From positions 31,248,001 to 31,312,000 of the forward strand of contig OZ076413.1 of NCBI GenBank assembly GCA_964187785.1: a DNA stretch of 64,000 bases, read 5' to 3'. The notes beneath the pieces are model-generated. The model was given only the letters and a program-made list of their open reading frames with translations, was not told the DNA's origin and made no database searches. A program made the position numbers and the translations under genes. The DNA comes from Amphiscolops sp. MND2022. Taxonomy: Eukaryota. Below, piece after piece: positions 58,467-64,000 of the stretch. Each line of letters begins with the position of its first letter. Position 1 is the first letter of the stretch.

Positions 58467-61424
58467 GTAAGCGTCGTGAGAGAATTGCATTTTCCAATAT
58501 ACAATTTTCACTTTGGTAGGATCTTTTTCATCCGAGGATTAGAATTACTAGGTAATAAAGAATAGCAGAAAATTTATTGAGACTGTCAAAAAATGAGACA
58601 AAAGATATTGAAAAAAAAAGAGTTTTGATAAAAGAGACGATCTAAGAGCTGATTCTTTGCACAAAATGGCTTGAACAAATTAGTAATTTTTAATAAGACA
58701 AGTTTTAATTCCGATGAGCACGAGAAAGTGAAAGGAATAACCGGCGTGTGAATCCAAATGGTAGTTCGTGTCAAAGTGCGTGCAAAAATTGCAAAAAAGT
58801 GCAAAAAAAGTGCAAAACAATTCCATGGGGAATGAAAAGTGAAAAATATTTGTATGATATATCGAACAAATACAAATTATAATTTGCTGACATTGATGAA
58901 ATTTTTGCAGCAGCGTAAATTGTGTCTCCATGGATACTGTTCAGGAGAGAAGAGATGACTACCAGATAACATCGGTATCATGAATAAAAGCACCATAATT
59001 ACAACTAATAATAACTTATGCGTACCCCGAAGAGAACAATATTCGGTAGTATTTGTAAAAAAAAGCGGTTGAAAGAGCGAGTTCAACGCTGATATGTTAT
59101 AATGGTCATAAAATGTTTTATTGTATGAAAAAACTAATTGTCATATCCAAAATCCATTTTTATGGCTTGTACGTTCCTCCATAATTTACAACCGCGCGAC
59201 CTGAATGACAGAAAACTCATATTACTGTTTTTTTTCTTAAGAATAAGAGTTTCTTTCTAGCCCATTTCATGAGTTAACACGAACGTTGAACATAAAAACA
59301 TGTATTTGAATAGCCTGCAGAAGAACCCGGTGCTCCGCTTAGAGCTCAGGTGCATTTTTTTTAATAGCTAAAGAGCTGTGTTTAATGTTGGAAAAAATAT
59401 TTTTCAAAAAAAATACTGGAATTCTATACCATCCAGATTATTGAAAACGTTTTTCTCTTAAACTCTAAGCAACAAAAATGTGCACCTTTTTGCGCAAGGC
59501 TCGCGTAAGATAAAGGCCTACAATGGCACGCAAAACCTTAGAAAAGCTCAACATATACAGCTAACGGGTTTTTGTAACATTGATTCCTATAACTCTCGAG
59601 ACGTAAAGATACTTTTTTGGAGGATCATTTTTGTTCTCAGTATTTTTTGTAAAAATTTTGCGGAATTCTTCCAGAACCTAACAGCCATTGTCTCCGTACC
59701 AGAAACTTTTTGGATACACAAGTTACGAGAACATTTGCAGTGCTTCTTGGCGCATTGCGTTTGATAACTCCTGATACGAAAAGATGCCTTATTGGAGCAT
59801 TAATTGTGGCCAGGAAGCTTTTAGCAGAATTTTGTGAAACGTTCCGAAAATTAATGGCCAATTCCTCCGTAAAAGAAATTTTTTAAAACACAAATTACAT
59901 GAAAATTCGCAGCGCTTCTTGTTCCTTCGATTCATAAAACTTTCACGCTCATTGACTAAGGTTAAATATTTTAATTGACTAAACAAAATTTGCCTCCTCA
60001 ATTTTATCGATTTTCAAACTTCCGTCGCAGAAAAATAATCAAAAATTTTTTGACGACAACCAAAATTTACACCATTGTCAATTCCGAGCTTGTGGAGTTT
60101 TTTTCAAAAACGTAGAACGCTCCGGTTACTGGATTTCGATATATAACGCTTCGAAGAAAAGCAGCGGAGAGGGATGTCACAGTTTCAGACCGGTAGATTG
60201 AAAAACCAGTCAGTTCGTTCATATTTCAGTGGCAAAAGGCTTCACTCCGCCTACGTTACGAAAACGATTGGCGATTTATTGATTCTGAGAAAGATGACAA
60301 TTTCTACTTTGAAAGATATATATTTTTTCAAATTTCTAGCCTCCAGATTTAATGAGTACTAAGCAATGCCGAAGAGTACCGCCTTTGAATTTTCCATCTT
60401 TATACAAAATCTAGAAAATTACATAATTTTGTTCAATAATCTACCCCCATTGTTTTCTTCGACACGGTAAAAATTTTCGAAAAATTTATAAAAGCGCTTC
60501 GAAACATTTGAAAATTGAAAAAAAATGCGCTTTTTCAGCTTTGAGCAGAGCCCGACTTAGAACGTTCCCGTCTTGTTCTGTAATCCTCTTCAGCCTCATA
60601 CTGAAGTGTCCTTTTTTGTTCAAAATTTTCAATTTCATCAGTTTTGTTTGTCATTGAGCAATTGCAAAATGTATTCTGCAAGTTGAAACAGTTTACAACG
60701 CTACACGTTGCCAAATGGTTCCTCCCTTCGATTTTTCTGGAACGTTTTTCTGGAACGTCAAGTCAGCACCTCGCTAAGAGCTCGAAAAACGCAAAGTCTC
60801 ATGAATATGGCTTTGAGCAAACTTTCATGGATTTCACATATTCAAAAAATAAAACAAAAAGGCACCCTACACAGCTTTTCTCTGCCAAGAATTGCTGAAA
60901 AAAAACGAAGTTTTGTGAAAAAACGTTGTAGAAACTTAGAAAAAATGTTGCCCTGAAAAGTCGCACACTGCTAAAAAACACCGAATGGTTTCAACCATTG
61001 CCATTTTCTAGTCTTGTAATACTTGTAATATGGTAAATACATACATTTCAGACTTGCTTCCGAAGCTAAACAAATTGAACAAAAACGTGAACCATTCAAA
61101 GTGAGAACTTACCAAAAAAGAGACAAAACTTGCCTCTGTAAGCTCGTTAACTATTGAAAAATTCTTCGATATTACTAAGCTTTAGGCGGGGTGCCGAATT
61201 AATCCGTTCCCGGCTTGTAAAACCTTGCAGGCGATTCAAGAACATTTCGGGAAGAATGATATGGAAAAGCTGGAGTGCTTGACGTATTGATAGAAATAAT
61301 GGTGATTATGATGAGTTTCAATTATAACTGGGCTGGATCAGTGTAGTTATTCTTGATAAATCATTTCAATTCAATGGAATGTCGCCCAAATACAGACCAG
61401 ACCGAATAGACCTTTTTAATGCAG

Positions 61425-61551
61425 ATCAATTTTATTATGGAAGAATTGGGCGAACATACATTCCAAGTGGACTCAGAGCCATCTGACGTCATTGTTCACT
61501 GGGACTTTGCAGGAGCCTTCTACTTCTGTTTGACCACCGTCACTACTATTG
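61425..61551 (+). CDS. K2P potassium channel exon: pore helix P1
   Basis: Acceptor ttttaatgcag|atc is phase 0. It encodes ..HWDFAGAFYFCLTTVTTIG, with the GTAAGT donor splitting the first G of the G(Y/F)G filter. The gene continues beyond the window. Confidence 0.9.
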
Positions 61552-61671
61552 GTAAGTGTTTCGCGTTTGCATTGTTTTTGCTCAGTGCAAAAGTTATACG
61601 GTTCATCCGTCTAGTGACCTCTACCGCATTCCGGTTTACCAACCTAGTCTGAAAGTACAGACTTTACGAGT

Positions 61672-62892
61672 TGTTAGTAAACAAACTCAGAAAACAGTTT
61701 AGATTACATACATACATACACTCTTGATATATATTTATTGGTTGATATATATTAATTGGAATGAAGCTGCATAATTGAAAACGCTACATTTTACAATCTT
61801 TTCCTCCGTTCTTAGATACCTTAGCTTTAGAATACAACATGGCGCAGTCAGCCGATTTTTACATTGAACAGAAATTTTTATAGCTGCGAAAATCACCGAA
61901 AGTAGAAGCAAAGGCCGCAGACGAGAACTCGGTGTTGACACCGAAACACTGGTTAGAACGATTTCGGCAGTTCACGAAACGTGAACATACAATATACATC
62001 ACACCAATGATAAAAGGAGAAGGCAAAACAGACAGAAGAAGAAACACTCGAAGAATTTTGGAGAAGTCTAATTGAGGTAGAAAAAGAATGCAATTTCAAT
62101 ACTATCACAGCCAAAGAACTGCTGATATCTAAATATATGACAGCGATCACTGATAAAAATCTACGAAACAAACTGACGAAAGAAAAAACAATAGAACTGG
62201 AAAAAAACGATCGAATTAATCAAACAAAACACCTATGAGAAAAAGAACAAGAAAAATACAATCCCGGAAGTAAAAATATCGGCAAAAGAAAAACAATTTA
62301 TAAAAGAAGAACCAATACAAAGATGGGAGAGATTCGGTACGAGACTAAAAAAGAAGAACAACAGAGAACAGACCATGCAGATATTGCGGAGTACAAAACT
62401 GGACACCAATACACAAATGCCCGGCGATAGAAACAAATTGCAACCAATGTTGGAAAAAAGGACACGACGCAGTGTGCAGACAAAAATACATCAACAACCG
62501 AACAGTGGAAAAACTAACCGAAGAAGAAATTGATACCCGAAACGAGACATCAAGCGAATTAGACGAAACTCTCTACCACATTAAAAAACAAATAAAAAAT
62601 TGAAGAGAAAAACAAACAATACACGGCAACAGTGAAAATAAGCGGGATAAAGAAAGGATATATAATCCACACCGGATTGCCGATAACAATAATGCCACCA
62701 GACGAGAAGATTCTAAAGTTAACCGGATTAGAGAAAATCACTAACAGATATCAAGATCTAGTTAAAAACGAAGTAAAATTCCGAGGAAAAATCCCGGTAA
62801 ACCTAGAATATGAGAACAAAAAACAAAAAATGGAAATTCTCATAACCGAAAGATCCGACATAACACCTCTTCTCGGAACGGACTGGATGAAG
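61672..62892 (+). mobile_element. Gypsy 5' fragment (candidate LTR, PBS, deleted gag, PR) in the K2P intron
   Basis: ..ACA|TGGCGCAGTCAG is a Ser-tRNA-type PBS at 61840. The fragment is homologous to 41943-43080 with an internal gag deletion, and has a PR-like IIHTGLPITIMP. The LTR start at 61672 is tentative. Confidence 0.75.
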
Positions 62893-64000
62893 TGTAACGT
62901 CTGCCACCGGCATGACCAAAATTTCGATGAAAAATTCGAAATGTGCGATGTCAAAGTAGAAGAAAAAAGATGGCCGACGTGACAGGTACAAAAAGTGTGA
63001 AAGAAAAAAGATAACACGCGGAGAGCGAGCAAAAAAGAGAACACGTGCCGGAGAGACAGCAGAAAAAGATGAAAAAGCAAGAAGATCGAGGAATGTCAGA
63101 ATGGCGATTATCGGGAAGTTGTGTCATCTCCTACGAAATTCAACAATTTCAGATGAAGATTGCCAGAGGGATATTCCGAATTATGGCTTGAAACTGTGAA
63201 GTAATTGGGGTTTGTCCCCGTTTTTCCTTGTTATTTTCATAATTCCCTTCGACATTTGGAAGATGTTTGAGCTTCTAGGTCATTTTATATCTTATTTCCC
63301 AAATATTATGTTTTCCAGCTAAATCACTGTTTTGACCTCGGAAGCATGTAGGAACTCGCAGGAGTACATTAGAAACCTTAGGAATGTTTTTACAGACTTG
63401 TGGGGCGTGTCCGGACTTTGAGAGTGCCGGCGCGTCGCTTCGGAGCTCTAACTAGAGAAGCCTCCTTAGACGTTAGAAAAGTCCCCCTTGGAGACCATTT
63501 TGGGATCAAAAACTAGTGTCTAGGTATGTAGTAAGACAACGGTCTCCTGTTTAAGCATCCTAGGCATTGTCCCTCTTCCTAGATGTGCGTCGCTAGCCGG
63601 TCGTTACATCTGGAATAGTTTTTATGGCGACCACAGAGGGATATTTTTCATATTGCGTACAGGTAGGAGCAACTTCTGCTTTCCGGCCCCGAAGGGTCCA
63701 GATCTAGGAAAACGTTTTGGGAGGGTCCTAGATTATTTTTATAGCATTTTTCTGGCCCTCTGGGCTTTGTACTAGTGTAATTCTTGCGTTTTCCCCGTGT
63801 TTCTGAGGTCTACTTAGAGAAATTAACCGTTCTTAACAGTGTACCCCCTTTTTTCCTCACTAAAACCTAATAAAGAAGCTATTCCGGCCTATCCGGAACG
63901 TGTTTTAAAGGGTTTTCTAGCTTATTTTCAGCTAATTTGCAATGTATGGGGACAGAGAGGACGAGCGCCGAAGGTTCCCACCAGCTGTGATGACGTGGTG
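62893..64000 (+). mobile_element. Probable nested LTR interrupting the Gypsy fragment (window-truncated)
   Basis: Gypsy homology stops abruptly at ggactggatgaag|TGTAAC, and unrelated non-coding sequence follows to the window end. Confidence 0.4.

Overview
AT-rich, transposon-dense animal genomic DNA with GT-AG introns and one 200-N assembly gap. I found no rRNA, canonical tRNA or CRISPR array. The only clear host gene is the 5' part of a two-pore-domain potassium channel (K2P/KCNK family), with three phase-compatible exons at 57609-61551 that continue beyond the window. The main feature is a very young, full-length Bel/Pao LTR retrotransposon (48346-57278, minus strand) with apparently identical 337-bp LTRs, a CATCA TSD and an intact 2159-aa gag-pol. 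It is unusual in three ways: each LTR carries a tRNA-like Pol III-type unit, an SGNH/GDSL-fold-like accessory ORF lies upstream of gag-pol, and twin stem-loops sit just before gag. Other LTR elements are one old full-length Gypsy (22939-28025, ATCAG TSD), two degenerate Gypsy fragments, and two very long solo LTRs (about 2.2 kb and 2.7 kb, each with a 5-bp TSD) whose 3' ends are open reading frames. The rest includes remnants of CR1/L2 LINE, Tc1, pogo and hAT transposases, several MITEs with diagnostic TSDs, and a Helentron/HINE-like family with a covarying 3' hairpin. All family assignments come from motif recognition by eye; no database search was run.
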